From an uncultured Candidatus Saccharibacteria bacterium (lineage in GTDB: Bacteria > Patescibacteriota > Doudnabacteria > UBA920): 64,000 nucleotides of DNA. How positions within the stretch are numbered: position 1 is the first letter of the stretch; each line of letters begins with the position of its first letter. Location: contig CAZYQT010000003.1 in the NCBI GenBank assembly GCA_964650255.1, positions 14,619-78,618 of the forward strand. The letters are read 5' to 3'. Of the stretch, positions 26,014-36,030 are shown piece by piece. Position numbers and translations under genes: made by a program. Below the pieces are notes generated by a model that saw only the letters and a list, made by a program, of their open reading frames with translations, made no database searches and was not told the origin of the DNA.

Positions 26014-26802
26014 TTAGTTACTAACAGTGATCATAAATTTTTTAGTGTCATCAACATTGTTGGTGCTGTGGTCCCAGTCGGCAGCGGCGTCAAATAAAGT
26101 TTTATAATCGTACTGGTAATTTTTACCAAACTTAGTGCCTGGGTCATTGGTAATAAATTTGCCGTCTTCGGTCCAGCCGGTAATGACCATCATGTGATGA
26201 ATTGGTCCCGGCTGTTTATAGTGCGGGTTGTGCAAAGCACGACCGTTAAATGATATTAACACTAATTTGTTCTCTGCCAAAGCCTGCTTTATTTCTGATT
26301 CGGAAAGACCCAGCTGCTTTGTCTTTAAACCATACATAGCTTCAATCATTACTGATGTTTCGGCGGTTGTCTGGTCTAAATGATATCCTTGATGCTCGTC
26401 TTGCCAATGGGTGAGTTTATTTATTTCGCCTTCCACTAATGAGACTGTCAGTGTTTGGTCTGCCGGAGTTCCATCAAAGTAAGCATTGGCCATAATGGCG
26501 CTGGCTTCTTCGCAGGCTTCGTTGTGAAGTTCATCCCAATTTGCAGTTGGGGCTTGAGTCGTGAAAGGCACTTTTATTAGTAGGGAAGGAGGAAGCGGTT
26601 TCGCGGCTTCGTTAGGAGTGTCATTTGGGGTTTCTTTTTTTGGTGTGTCGGTTGGGCCGTCAAACGTTACTGCGGTTTTAGGCGCAGGCATGGATTGGTT
26701 AGACGCTCGGCGGTGTAATAAATAGAATGCACCCAAAGCAATTAGCGCTGTCAGAAAAAGCAGTACTAAAAATTTGGCTGAGTGTTTGCGGAATTTCCTC
26801 AT
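26014..26802 (-). CDS. membrane-anchored C39-like (Peptidase_C39_2) cysteine peptidase domain protein
   Basis: TM anchor, Pro/Thr-rich linker, VPFTTQAP...NEACEEAS (putative catalytic Cys) and C-terminal HHMMVITGW (putative His). Confidence 0.45.
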   Translation of the reverse strand: MRKFRKHSAKFLVLLFLTALIALGAFYLLHRRASNQSMPAPKTAVTFDGPTDTPKKETPNDTPNEAAKPLPPSLLIKVPFTTQAPTANWDELHNEACEEASAIMANAYFDGTPADQTLTVSLVEGEINKLTHWQDEHQGYHLDQTTAETSVMIEAMYGLKTKQLGLSESEIKQALAENKLVLISFNGRALHNPHYKQPGPIHHMMVITGWTEDGKFITNDPGTKFGKNYQYDYKTLFDAAADWDHSTNNVDDTKKFMITVSN

Positions 26803-27494
26803 AGAATATCGGACTTTTTAACTTCAATATATTCACCCACGGGAATGTTTTCTAGATGAAGTTTATTGATGCGCACCCGCTTTAAATTATGCACGCCCAA
26901 ACCAACCGCATTGAACATCCGCCTTACTTGTCGTTTTTTTCCTTCGTGAATAGTAATATAAATTTTTCCAGAGCGTTGGCGAATGCTTGCTGGTGAAGTC
27001 AGGCCAGTTGGCAATTCAATTCCCTCGCGAAGTTTTTCAAGTTGCGCAGGCTTAGCTGGTTCGTTGGTGATTACTTCGTACTCTTTATCGTGTTCGTACT
27101 TTGGGTGGGCAAGCTGTTGGGTGAGATCACCATCATTAGTTAGAATTAATAACCCTTCGGTATCGTAATCTAGACGACCAACGTTATGAACTTTGGTACG
27201 CAGCTCTTCTGGTAATAATGAGAATACGGTTTTGCGTCCATTCGGGTCTCGCTTGCTAACTACAGTGTTCTTTGGTTTGTTGAGCGCAATGTAAATTTTT
27301 TTAACCCGTGCTTCGCCTTTAGCTTTAACAATTTTTCCATAAACCTTAATTTCGTCGTTGTCTGGATCGACTTTGTCACCGAGTTTAGCCCTGCGCCCAT
27401 TAATTGAGACTTGCCCTGACTTAATAAACTCCTCGGCTTTTCGCCGAGAAGCAACACCAATTTCACTTAAAAATTTTTGAACTCGTTCTTGCAT
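26799..27494 (-). CDS. pseudouridine synthase, RsuA/RluB family
   Basis: N-terminal S4 domain (VASRRKAEEFIKSGQVSINGRR), catalytic motif HNVGRLDYDTEGLLILTNDG. Confidence 0.8.
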   Translation of the reverse strand: MQERVQKFLSEIGVASRRKAEEFIKSGQVSINGRRAKLGDKVDPDNDEIKVYGKIVKAKGEARVKKIYIALNKPKNTVVSKRDPNGRKTVFSLLPEELRTKVHNVGRLDYDTEGLLILTNDGDLTQQLAHPKYEHDKEYEVITNEPAKPAQLEKLREGIELPTGLTSPASIRQRSGKIYITIHEGKKRQVRRMFNAVGLGVHNLKRVRINKLHLENIPVGEYIEVKKSDIL

Positions 27495-27509
27495 TCAGTT
27501 TAATTAATT

Positions 27510-28853
27510 TCAGGTCTTGATAGGTAATTGTACAAAAAATGTGGTTCCTTGGCCAACCTCAGATTTTAGCCAAAGTTTTCCACGATGCATTTCAATAATC
27601 TTTTTGGCAAAGTATAAGCCAAGCCCAGTACCGCTTACCCCAGATTTAACTGCATTATCGGAGCGGTAATAGCCTTCAAATATTTTTTCTTGATCGGATT
27701 TTGGAATACCAATACCTTGATCCGTGAAATGCATTACTAAATTATCAGCAGTTTGTTCCAAGCCAATGTTGATATTGGAATTTTCCGGTGAATATTTAAT
27801 TGAGTTAGACAGAATATTGCTGATTACACGCCTGACCTTTTCTTTGTCAATTTGAAGGATATAATTTTTTGAGTGAACTGAACTGAAATCTATGTTCACG
27901 TTTTTTTGTTTGGCATTGAACTCTTGTTGCTCAATCACATCTTTTAGTAACTCATTAATATTGACCGGCTCCATAAGTAGCTTGGTCGCTCTTCCGGTTA
28001 CTGCCGAGGCATCTAAGATATCGTTAATGTTACCCATTAAATTATTAGTAGCGCTGGCAATTCCTGAAATGGCATCGGTTTGTTCTGGTAATAGGTTGCT
28101 TGCCTTGCGCAAATTTTGCAAAGCCCAAGTAATACCGTTCAATGGCGAGCGTAGCTCATGTGATGCAATCGAAACAAACTCAGATTTTTGCTCTAGCATT
28201 TGCTGCTGGTGTTTAATCATTCTTTGGCCAATGAACACTAAAGCTAAAAGCAAAAGGGTTACCAATGCAGGAACGGCTGTTGTGGCTATTAAACGGCCTT
28301 CATAGCCAGCCGCAGCAACATCAATTCCAGCAACTGCAATTAACTGGCCGGACTCATCTACTATAGGTGACAGAGCAGTGTACCAATTTCCCCAGCGATC
28401 TTTGCTCGGACCGTATACCAGAGGCTTTTTGGAATTAAAAACAGAAACAAAGTTTTCGTCGGCCTCATCGTAAGTTTGGCCAGGAGGGGAGTAATCTTCA
28501 GAATTTGGATCTTCGGAATCTGCGATGAAGTAAATCTCGCCACTCTCATTTTTGGCGGTTAAATAAACAAAGCGCACGTCCTTTTGAACAGAGCGAATTT
28601 TTATCAGTTTCTCTTTGAGTTTGATGTAGCTCGGATTATCTAAGTCTGCTTCTGAACCTTGCAATGCGGAAATTTCATCAAGATCCATTGATGAAGCAAT
28701 GGTTTGCACACCCTCGGAAAGGGAGTCGAGGTTAGATTGGTTTGCAAAGTTGTAGACATAAATAGTCAGCGCTGCACCAGCAACAAAAATTACTAACAAG
28801 AGCAGTCTAAAGAACCACTTATATAGAAATTTATTTGAAGTAAAATTTTCCAT
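27510..28853 (-). CDS. sensor histidine kinase with periplasmic Cache-like domain (orphan)
   Basis: Two TM helices flanking a periplasmic domain; H-box SIASHELRSPLNG; N/G1/G2 boxes (GTGLGLYFAKKIIEMHRGKLWLKSEVGQGTTF). Confidence 0.85.
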   Translation of the reverse strand: MENFTSNKFLYKWFFRLLLLVIFVAGAALTIYVYNFANQSNLDSLSEGVQTIASSMDLDEISALQGSEADLDNPSYIKLKEKLIKIRSVQKDVRFVYLTAKNESGEIYFIADSEDPNSEDYSPPGQTYDEADENFVSVFNSKKPLVYGPSKDRWGNWYTALSPIVDESGQLIAVAGIDVAAAGYEGRLIATTAVPALVTLLLLALVFIGQRMIKHQQQMLEQKSEFVSIASHELRSPLNGITWALQNLRKASNLLPEQTDAISGIASATNNLMGNINDILDASAVTGRATKLLMEPVNINELLKDVIEQQEFNAKQKNVNIDFSSVHSKNYILQIDKEKVRRVISNILSNSIKYSPENSNINIGLEQTADNLVMHFTDQGIGIPKSDQEKIFEGYYRSDNAVKSGVSGTGLGLYFAKKIIEMHRGKLWLKSEVGQGTTFFVQLPIKT

Positions 28854-28882
28854 TTTTGATTTTGATTTTCGTTTGGGTTTTT

Positions 28883-28960
28883 TGGTGGCTCCGGCAGGGA
28901 TCGAACCTGCGACCTTGGCCTTAGAAGTGCCCTGCTCTGATCCAACTGAGCTACGGAGCC
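28883..28960 (-). tRNA. tRNA-Arg (anticodon TCT)-like; anticodon stem has two mismatches
   Basis: rc gives GGCTCCG-TA-GCTC...GAGC, anticodon loop CTTCTAA, T-arm GCAGG-TTCGATC-CCTGC, acceptor CGGAGCC-A-CCA; anticodon stem GGGCA/GGCCA pairs only at its three central positions. Confidence 0.55.
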
Positions 28961-28992
28961 TCGTGCACGCTGTGCGTGAGACTATTAGTATT

Positions 28993-29024
28993 ATAACAAA
29001 AAACGCCTTGCGGCGGTTTTTCTT
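28993..29024 (-). terminator. terminator downstream of tRNA-Arg(GCG)
   Basis: acgcc/ggcgg-type stem aaacgcc-ttgc-ggcggttt, T-run on minus strand. Confidence 0.55.
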
Positions 29025-29027
29025 TTC

Positions 29028-29104
29028 TGGTGCACCCGACAGGATTCGAACCTATGACCTCTCGCTCCGCAAGCGAACGCTCTATCCAGCTGAGCTACGG
29101 GTGC
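29028..29104 (-). tRNA. tRNA-Arg (anticodon GCG by hand folding)
   Basis: rc: GCACCCG-TA-GCTC-AGCTGGATA-GAGC-G-TTCGC-TTGCGGA-GCGAG-AGGTC-ATAGG-TTCGAAT-CCTGT-CGGGTGC-A-CCA; clean cloverleaf. Confidence 0.75.
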
Positions 29105-29146
29105 ATGAAACTTAAATACCAGAAAATTATAACTAATTTTGGCTTT

Positions 29147-30118
29147 TTAATCAAGCTGAGCAGTTTGGATTACAGTCTCTACTTCGGTAGCATTTTTGCA
29201 GTTATACAGCTGTTCGCGTAGGTCGGCAGCGCCATCAAAACCACTAACATAGGCTTTAAAGTGGCGCTTCATAATATCCCACGGCTTTATCCCAGTAAAC
29301 ATTTCTTCGTAAAGTTTGCAGTGCTCTATTAATACTTTCATGCGCACATCAAGAGGTGGACGAGTATCCAGATTTTTTGCGAACAACCAGGGATTACCAA
29401 AAATAGCTCGGCCGAGCATCATACCATCTGCACCAGTGTCTTGAATTTTTTGTTTTGCTTCCACTAAATCTTTGATATCGCCATTGCCCATAATTAGCGG
29501 GCGAGTTGCTTCGGTGGTTTGTTTGTGAATAAATTTTACGATGTTTGGCATTTCCTCCCAGTGGGCAGGCACTTTAGACATTTCTTTGCGGGTGCGTAGG
29601 TGAATGGCAATTGCTGCTGGTTGCCCCTCGAGTAAAGTTGCAATCCAGTTTTCCCAATCAACTTTAGTATCACCAATCCGAATTTTGATAGATACCGGAA
29701 TTTCTGGCGCGCCTTCTTTGCACGCCAAAATTAATTCCTTGGCTAATTGGGGGGTATGGAATAATCCTGCACAAGAACCACCGCGCACTGCGTTTTTTTC
29801 TGGGCAACCCATGTTAATATCAATACCGTCAAAACCAAGCTTGGCAACTAGCTTGGCAGTTTCAACATATTTATCAGTTTTCGCGCCAAATACTTGCGCC
29901 ACAATTGGGTGTTCAGTTTTTGAATATTTAAAATGATGAATTACTTTCTCGCGGCCAACATCATGCAGCAACGCTTCCGTCGATGTGAACTCAGTGTAAA
30001 AGACATCTGGTTTGCCCTCGCGAGCAATGATGCTACGAAAAGCCGCATCAGTGACATCCATCATTGGTGCGAGTGCAAAGAAAGGTTTGGGTAATTTTTT
30101 CCAAAAGCCGTAATTCAT
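29147..30118 (-). CDS. tRNA-dihydrouridine synthase (Dus family)
   Basis: FALAPMMDVTDAAFR N-terminal motif, TIM-barrel FMN-binding pattern, catalytic-Cys region GCPEKNAVRGG. Confidence 0.85.
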   Translation of the reverse strand: MNYGFWKKLPKPFFALAPMMDVTDAAFRSIIAREGKPDVFYTEFTSTEALLHDVGREKVIHHFKYSKTEHPIVAQVFGAKTDKYVETAKLVAKLGFDGIDINMGCPEKNAVRGGSCAGLFHTPQLAKELILACKEGAPEIPVSIKIRIGDTKVDWENWIATLLEGQPAAIAIHLRTRKEMSKVPAHWEEMPNIVKFIHKQTTEATRPLIMGNGDIKDLVEAKQKIQDTGADGMMLGRAIFGNPWLFAKNLDTRPPLDVRMKVLIEHCKLYEEMFTGIKPWDIMKRHFKAYVSGFDGAADLREQLYNCKNATEVETVIQTAQLD

Positions 30119-30204
30119 GACCGTAATTGTAGCTGAAATTAGGCATAAAAAAAAGAGGCTAAACTGCAGCCTTCTTTTCCTAATCCATTGGGTGACGGGT
30201 ATAA

Positions 30205-30297
30205 TTACATTAATTTACCCAGGTGATCTCCGACTGTGGTGTAAACGGAGAATGCGATCAAGGCGATCGCAATTAAAACGTATATGACTTTTTTCAC
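30205..30297 (-). CDS. possible 30-aa single-TM small protein (GTG start)
   Basis: Hand translation V/MKKVIYVLIAIALIAFSVYTTVGDHLGKLM with SD-like GAGAGGA 8 nt upstream; not in supplied ORF track. Confidence 0.25.
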   Translation of the reverse strand: MKKVIYVLIAIALIAFSVYTTVGDHLGKLM

Positions 30298-30430
30298 AGT
30301 TTTGTCCTCTCTCAAATTGATGTGCTTGGGATTTACCTATTATACTCCGGCCAAACAGCCGGTCAAGTGGATATCTTGTTCTGAGATTGCGGTAATTTGC
30401 CAGCCGTGACAATTCCTATAAAATATAGAA

Positions 30431-31465
30431 ATGGATATACAAAAAGCAAATCCAGAGTCACTACCATCAGCGGACCAAGTACTTTTGGATAAAATTAGCT
30501 CAGAGTTGGGTGGCAATGTTCTATCAACCCATGAACTAAGTGCAGGCATGAACAATCGACTTTTCGAAATAGAAACTGATGACGGCAAATACTTGCTTAA
30601 AAAGTACCAAAGGGATGAACGAGAACGCCTTGAAAGAGAGTATCGGGCGCTTTCATTTTTGAGAGACCATGGTTTTGATAATGTGCCCAGGCCTGTTTTA
30701 AGAGGCGACGATGACTACGTAGCGGTATATTCCTATGAAGCTGGAAATTCAAAACTTGCTTCCGAAGCTACCTTGGATGACATTGATAATGTATTAGACT
30801 TTGTGATTGAACTACAGTCATTCAAGAGCGGAAATATAGAGACAGAGTTTCCTCCTGCTGTTATGGGGTGTTTTTCGCTCAAGGACTACATTAGAAATAT
30901 AGATTTTAGATTTGGGAAATTTCTTGAATGTATTAATGATCCAAACGTGCATCCTTTGATAAAAGATTTGGCAGAGTCGACAAAAGTAGTTGAATACATG
31001 ACTGAGCATAGGAACCAATTATTAGAGCGCGTTGAAAGCCTGCACGATCAAAACGTTTCTGATACTGAAAAAAGACTAAGTCCGGTAGATTTTGGCTTCC
31101 ATAATATTATCGTTAAAGAAGATGGGGGGTTCTGCTTTGTTGATTTTGAATACTTTGGTTGGGATGATCCGCAGGCTATAATAGCGGATTTTGTTAATCA
31201 TGATGCTCAGCAAAAACTACCAAGTTCCCATAAAGAACATTTCATTACAGAATACATTAGGAGGGCTAACCTATCTAAAGATCAAGCTGGTAGGTTGAAT
31301 TTAGTTCTTGATCTAAAGAATTTGGAGTGGTTGTCGATTTATTTGTATGGAATGACTCCCGACCGATTAGCTAGCCGAGCTCATGCAGATGTAGACTTTG
31401 ATTTAGAAAAAGCTCTTCAAGCACCAATCGACAAGGTTAGATCCAGATACTTTAATCAAAGTTAA
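30431..31465 (+). CDS. phosphotransferase-family protein (APH/choline-kinase-like kinase fold)
   Basis: Brenner-type catalytic motif FHNIIVKEDGGFCFVDFEYFGWDDP. Confidence 0.6.
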   Translation: MDIQKANPESLPSADQVLLDKISSELGGNVLSTHELSAGMNNRLFEIETDDGKYLLKKYQRDERERLEREYRALSFLRDHGFDNVPRPVLRGDDDYVAVYSYEAGNSKLASEATLDDIDNVLDFVIELQSFKSGNIETEFPPAVMGCFSLKDYIRNIDFRFGKFLECINDPNVHPLIKDLAESTKVVEYMTEHRNQLLERVESLHDQNVSDTEKRLSPVDFGFHNIIVKEDGGFCFVDFEYFGWDDPQAIIADFVNHDAQQKLPSSHKEHFITEYIRRANLSKDQAGRLNLVLDLKNLEWLSIYLYGMTPDRLASRAHADVDFDLEKALQAPIDKVRSRYFNQS

Positions 31466-31475
31466 CGCCTCATCC

Positions 31476-32450
31476 CTATTTTTTGTTATGAAACTTCTTG
31501 TGGACTTCGCGCAGTTGCGAGTTGGTTACGTGAGTGTAGATTTGGGTAGTAGTAATAGAGGCGTGGCCAAGCAGGGTTTGTACGCTACGAATGTCAGCGC
31601 CGTTTTGAAGTAAGTCTGTAGCAAAAGAGTGTCGGAATGTGTGCGGCGTAACTTTATGCATAATTCCAGCAAGGGCCGCGTATTTTTTTACTAGGCGCTG
31701 CACACTGCGTGCTGTTAACCCCGCTGCGTGATGTTGATCACTTTTTTTGCCCATTGAGTCCATTTGCTTTGTAACTGAGTTGCCAATTTGGCTGTGACTT
31801 ACAAATAGGGCTGGATTGTTGTCCGTGCGCTTCTTAAGATAGGCGCGCAGCATTTTTACTGCTTCATCAGACATAAACACTAGGCGGAGTTTATCACCTT
31901 TGCCGCGTACAGTGAATTCGCCACGTTCAAAGTTTAATTGTTTTTGTTGGAGCTGTACTAGCTCAGAAATACGCACTCCGCTGGAAAAGAGCAGTTCTAG
32001 TATGGCTGCGTCTCGTAGTCGAGCGATTTCATTATCTTCCGAAGCAACTGCCTTTTTGATGCGCTCAATCTCTTCATTTGTCATAATTTCTACTTCACGC
32101 GCGGGATTCTTGGCTAATTCAATTTTTTCCGCAGATAGGGTATCTACATCGCGCTTAGCCAAATACTTCAAAAAAGCACGCAAAGCAATAACATGGTAGT
32201 TTTGGGTAACTAACTTTAAATTTTTGCCGCGTTCATCAGCAAGGCGATTAAGGAATAGGCGATAGGATCGCACAGTATCTAAAGTAATATCCTCGGGGCG
32301 ATTTAGGCTGTGAGCTTTAGCAAAAGCCGCAAAGCGGGCGAGATAGTGCTCATAGTTGCGAATAGTTAGTAAACTCTTGTTTTTCTCGATTTCGCAGTAT
32401 TCGAGGAACTCTCGTACATACTTTTCAATTTTCGTTTTGGTTTCAGACAT
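31476..32450 (-). CDS. tyrosine site-specific recombinase (XerC/XerD family)
   Basis: N-terminal SAM-like core-binding domain; C-terminal catalytic HTFRHSFATDLLQNGADIRSVQTLLGHASITTTQIYTHV (R-H-R-Y signature). Confidence 0.85.
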   Translation of the reverse strand: MSETKTKIEKYVREFLEYCEIEKNKSLLTIRNYEHYLARFAAFAKAHSLNRPEDITLDTVRSYRLFLNRLADERGKNLKLVTQNYHVIALRAFLKYLAKRDVDTLSAEKIELAKNPAREVEIMTNEEIERIKKAVASEDNEIARLRDAAILELLFSSGVRISELVQLQQKQLNFERGEFTVRGKGDKLRLVFMSDEAVKMLRAYLKKRTDNNPALFVSHSQIGNSVTKQMDSMGKKSDQHHAAGLTARSVQRLVKKYAALAGIMHKVTPHTFRHSFATDLLQNGADIRSVQTLLGHASITTTQIYTHVTNSQLREVHKKFHNKK

Positions 32451-32532
32451 TTTGTTGATATATAAGGCTATTGCAGTATACTCTCAAATTTACCGCGCCG
32501 CAAATTATTCGATTGTGCGACAAGGAGGTAAT

Positions 32533-32561
32533 TTGCCTATTTCCAGGCCATTTGATATAAT
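32533..32561 (+). promoter_or_regulatory. rpsO promoter TTGCCT-17-TGaTATAAT
   Basis: Extended -10 TGATATAAT at 32553-32561, about 90-nt structured leader before rpsO. Confidence 0.5.
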
Positions 32562-32650
32562 ACCCTCATAAATTAACCACGCAGCGGAAAATATACTGCC
32601 GTTGTCGTGCATCGCTGCACGCAAGTAGTAGCGAGAAGAAAGGAAAGTAT

Positions 32651-32926
32651 ATGCTGAGTAAAAAAGACAAAGACGCGATCATCAAGAAGTATCAAACCCA
32701 CAAGGATGATACTGGTTCTCCAGAAGTACAAATTGCTGTGCTAACTAAGGAAATCGAACAAGTTAGCGAGCACTTGCAGATTCACAAAAAAGATAACCAC
32801 TCTCGCCGCGGTCTTCTGAAAATGGTAGGCAATCGCCGCCGCCTCCTTCGTTATTTAAAGAGCGAAGATGCAAAGCGTTACGACAAAATTGTTGATAAAT
32901 TGAAGTTAAAGAAAGATTCAAATTAA
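32651..32926 (+). CDS. rpsO: 30S ribosomal protein S15
   Basis: Full-length match to the S15 pattern ([48 protein letters not shown]). Confidence 0.92.
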   Translation: MLSKKDKDAIIKKYQTHKDDTGSPEVQIAVLTKEIEQVSEHLQIHKKDNHSRRGLLKMVGNRRRLLRYLKSEDAKRYDKIVDKLKLKKDSN

Positions 32927-32935
32927 TTTTTCCCA

Positions 32936-32963
32936 AGCCCTGGCCTTTCTGGCAGGGCTTGAT
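32936..32963 (+). terminator. rpsO terminator/attenuator hairpin
   Basis: caagccctg/cagggcttg 9-bp stem. Confidence 0.5.
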
Positions 32964-32971
32964 ATTGTTTT

Positions 32972-33397
32972 ATGGCAGAAAATACTATTGTCGAACCAAC
33001 CTCCCAGTCTAATTCACAAGCCGCTTGGGATGTAGATGACTTCCAAAAAGAATGGATTCGTGTAAACGAGCAGGTTATTGCTCATCTCATGGCTAATCCT
33101 GATATCGAAAAGATTAAGCAGAAAGTGCGGTCTCAGGGCCATGTAAAGTTTGATGACCGTGACGAGTTCATTAATTTGGTTAATCAGATTAAGTATGATG
33201 TGATTTACAAAAAGTATGGCCCGGAAGGTAGTGAGGGTTACGAAGCCTTTCAAAAAGCTTGGCGACACTGGCACAGCCTAAAAGGCACGAGCATTCCGAA
33301 GCCAGAAAATATGTTTGAAGACAATATCTATCATTTACTGTTCGGCAGCACTCCTAATCCTGATGCGTTCCTAAAAGATTTTGATGTTAATAACTAG
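32972..33397 (+). CDS. hypothetical protein inserted between rpsO and pnp
   Basis: 141-aa soluble ORF with no recognised family; rpsO and pnp are adjacent in most bacteria. Confidence 0.45.
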   Translation: MAENTIVEPTSQSNSQAAWDVDDFQKEWIRVNEQVIAHLMANPDIEKIKQKVRSQGHVKFDDRDEFINLVNQIKYDVIYKKYGPEGSEGYEAFQKAWRHWHSLKGTSIPKPENMFEDNIYHLLFGSTPNPDAFLKDFDVNN

Positions 33398-33597
33398 TTG
33401 TAATTAATTAATAATTAAGCAAAACACAGACACAAGTTCCAAGAGTGAAGTGTTGGAGGGAAGAATAATTGCAAAGCGGGCAGTAAGCTAGCGCCGCCGC
33501 GAAGCGGCAAAGCGCTGCCTGCGTGCAAGTATTCTTTCCCTTCATCCAACCCTTCACTTTTGGCCGCTTGCATCTGTTGCTTGCGAAAGGTATCTAA

Positions 33598-35904
33598 ATG
33601 GATACAAAGAAAATTACCGCAAACATTGCGGGAGCTGACTGGCAGTTTGAAACTGGCAAGTTAGCAAAACAAGCCAGCGGAGCTGTTTTGGCTCGCGTTG
33701 GTGACACAGTTGTGTTGGCAGTCGCAGTATTAGGTAAAAATCCACGCGAAGGTATGGACTTCTTTCCTTTGCTAGTTGATTACGAGGAAAAGTTATACGC
33801 TGCTGGAAAAATTAAAGGTAGCCGTTGGGTAAAGCGCGAAGGTCGTCCGACTGATGAAGCGATTCTAACCGGCCGCGTGATTGACCGTTCCCTTCGTCCA
33901 CTATTCCCAGAGGGAATGCGTAACGATGTGCAAGTTGTTACCACAGTGCTATCTATTGATGGTGAAAACGAACCAGACATGATTGCTGTGAACGCAGCGA
34001 GCATGGCTCTTCATATTTCTGAAATTCCTTTTGATGGCCCCGTGGCAGCAGTGCGCATTGGTAAAATCGATGGCCAGTTTGTGGCTAACCCAAACAAAGA
34101 ACAGCGTGAGCAATCTCAAATGGATCTAATTGTTTGTGGGACTGCTGAACACATCATAATGGTTGAAGCTGGAGCAAACCTTGTTCCTGAAGAAGATATT
34201 GTGGAAGGAATCAAAGTTGCCCAAACACATTTAAAGGTTTTGGCTGAAGCTCAAGAATCTTTCCGTGAAGAAGTTGGAGTAGAAAAAGCCACTAATATTG
34301 TAATTAAGGAAGTTAATGCAGCTGTAATGGAGAAAGTAAAAGCATTGCTTACTGATGATAAAATCGAAGCCGCTTTGTATGTTAAAGAAAAATCCGTGCG
34401 CGATGTGAATGTGGCGGTTATGGAATCAGAAATTTCTGAAGCCGTTAAGTCGGAACTTGAAGCATCTCCTGAGATGGAGGACGTAAATATTTCTAAAGAA
34501 GTTCATAATGCAGTAGACAAAATCTTAAAGAAGTATCAGCAAAAGCAGATTCTTGAACACAGCCGTCGCGTTGATGGTCGTGCTATGGATGAAACTCGTC
34601 AAATTACAGCAGAAGTTGGCGTATTGCCCCGTACTCATGGTTCAGCCTTGTTTACCCGTGGTGAAACCCAAGTGCTTACAGTTACTACTTTAGGAAGCAA
34701 AGGCGACGAGCAGTTATTGGATGGCATGGAAGACCCGACTGAAGGACGGGCGAAGCGTTACATCCACCACTATAACTTCCCAGGATATTCCGTTGGCGAA
34801 GTTTCTCCAAACCGCGGTGCTGGTCGTCGTGAAGTTGGTCATGGTGCATTAGCTGAACGTGCAGTTGAGATTGCGCTTCCAGCTCAAGAAGAATTCCCTT
34901 ACACAATGCGTTTGGTTTCTGAAACATTGTCTTCTAACGGCTCAACATCAATGGCTTCCACTTGTGGTTCAACTTTAAGTTTGATGGACGCTGGTGTGCC
35001 GATTAAAGATATTATCGGTGGAGTTGCTATGGGATTAGTTATGGATGAATCGAATCCAAGCAACTTTAAAGTATTAACAGATATTGCAGGTATCGAAGAC
35101 TTTAATGGTCACATGGACTTTAAAGTTACTGGTAGCGAAAAAGGTGTTTCTGCTTTGCAACTCGACATTAAAGTTAAAGGTTTGACCGCAGAAATTGTAG
35201 CCGAAGCTTTGGCTGCTGCGAAGCCAGCGCGTATGCACATCTTAAGTAAAATGAAAGAAGCGCTTGATGCGCCTCGCCCAGAACTTTCTCCATACGCACC
35301 ACGTATTACTAGCTTCAAGATTGACCCTGAAAAAATTCGCGAAGTTATTGGTAGTGGTGGTAAGACCATCAATGGAATTATTGCGGAATGCCCTGGCGTG
35401 AAAATTGACATTGAAGATGATGGTTTGGTAATGGTGACATCAACTGATGCAGCCGCTGCAACCAAAGCTGTAGAAATGATCCAAAACATTGTTAAAGAAG
35501 TTGAGCCAGGCGAAATTTACGAAGGTAAAGTTGTGAAGATTATGGACTTTGGTGCGTTCGTGGAAATCCTTCCAGGCAAAGATGGTATGGTGCATGTGTC
35601 ACAGCTTGCTAATTATAGAGTGAACCATCCAGAAGATGTGGTTAAGGTAGGCGACACTTTGAAAGTTCAAGTTCAAGAAATTGATGATCAAGGCCGTATT
35701 AATTTAACTCACAAACCTTTCGCACCTGATCCAACTCCAGAGCAGTTGGCTAGCAGTGGTGGCGATCGTGGTGGTCGTCCTAGTGGTCGACCTTCGGGTG
35801 GTCGTGGTGGGTTCGGTGGCCGCGGTGGGGGAGATCGTCATGGTGGTGGTGGTCGAGGTGGATTCCCATCACGCGCTCCACGCCAAGGCGGCGCTAACCG
35901 TTAG
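33598..35904 (+). CDS. pnp: polynucleotide phosphorylase with C-terminal RGG-rich tail
   Basis: Two RNase PH domains, KH and S1 domains ([16 protein letters not shown]), then a 60-aa tail [36 protein letters not shown]. Confidence 0.95.
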   Translation: MDTKKITANIAGADWQFETGKLAKQASGAVLARVGDTVVLAVAVLGKNPREGMDFFPLLVDYEEKLYAAGKIKGSRWVKREGRPTDEAILTGRVIDRSLRPLFPEGMRNDVQVVTTVLSIDGENEPDMIAVNAASMALHISEIPFDGPVAAVRIGKIDGQFVANPNKEQREQSQMDLIVCGTAEHIIMVEAGANLVPEEDIVEGIKVAQTHLKVLAEAQESFREEVGVEKATNIVIKEVNAAVMEKVKALLTDDKIEAALYVKEKSVRDVNVAVMESEISEAVKSELEASPEMEDVNISKEVHNAVDKILKKYQQKQILEHSRRVDGRAMDETRQITAEVGVLPRTHGSALFTRGETQVLTVTTLGSKGDEQLLDGMEDPTEGRAKRYIHHYNFPGYSVGEVSPNRGAGRREVGHGALAERAVEIALPAQEEFPYTMRLVSETLSSNGSTSMASTCGSTLSLMDAGVPIKDIIGGVAMGLVMDESNPSNFKVLTDIAGIEDFNGHMDFKVTGSEKGVSALQLDIKVKGLTAEIVAEALAAAKPARMHILSKMKEALDAPRPELSPYAPRITSFKIDPEKIREVIGSGGKTINGIIAECPGVKIDIEDDGLVMVTSTDAAAATKAVEMIQNIVKEVEPGEIYEGKVVKIMDFGAFVEILPGKDGMVHVSQLANYRVNHPEDVVKVGDTLKVQVQEIDDQGRINLTHKPFAPDPTPEQLASSGGDRGGRPSGRPSGGRGGFGGRGGGDRHGGGGRGGFPSRAPRQGGANR

Positions 35905-35921
35905 ATAGCGTAAATCAAAAA

Positions 35922-35953
35922 CAACTCTTACTTAAGAGTTGTTTTTTGTTAGC
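35922..35953 (+). terminator. pnp terminator
   Basis: aacaactctta/aagagttgtt stem followed by TTTTTGTT. Confidence 0.7.
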
Positions 35954-36030
35954 TTGACCAATAAGGGATTTTATGGTAAATTTAGGCCTGGTTTTGATAT
36001 CAAAAAAACTATGGAGGACACCTTATATTT

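Noticed and set aside
28873-29221. Plus-strand ORFs 28873..29115 and 29030..29221
   Set aside because: They overlap two cleanly folding minus-strand tRNA-Arg genes and their terminator; spurious.
31476-32450. XerC/D-like recombinase as part of an integrated prophage or island
   Set aside because: No phage structural genes, repeats or att-like duplications flank it. Its neighbours (kinase, Dus, rpsO) are housekeeping genes. It is more likely the chromosomal dimer-resolution recombinase, though a trans-acting role for the small cassettes cannot be excluded.
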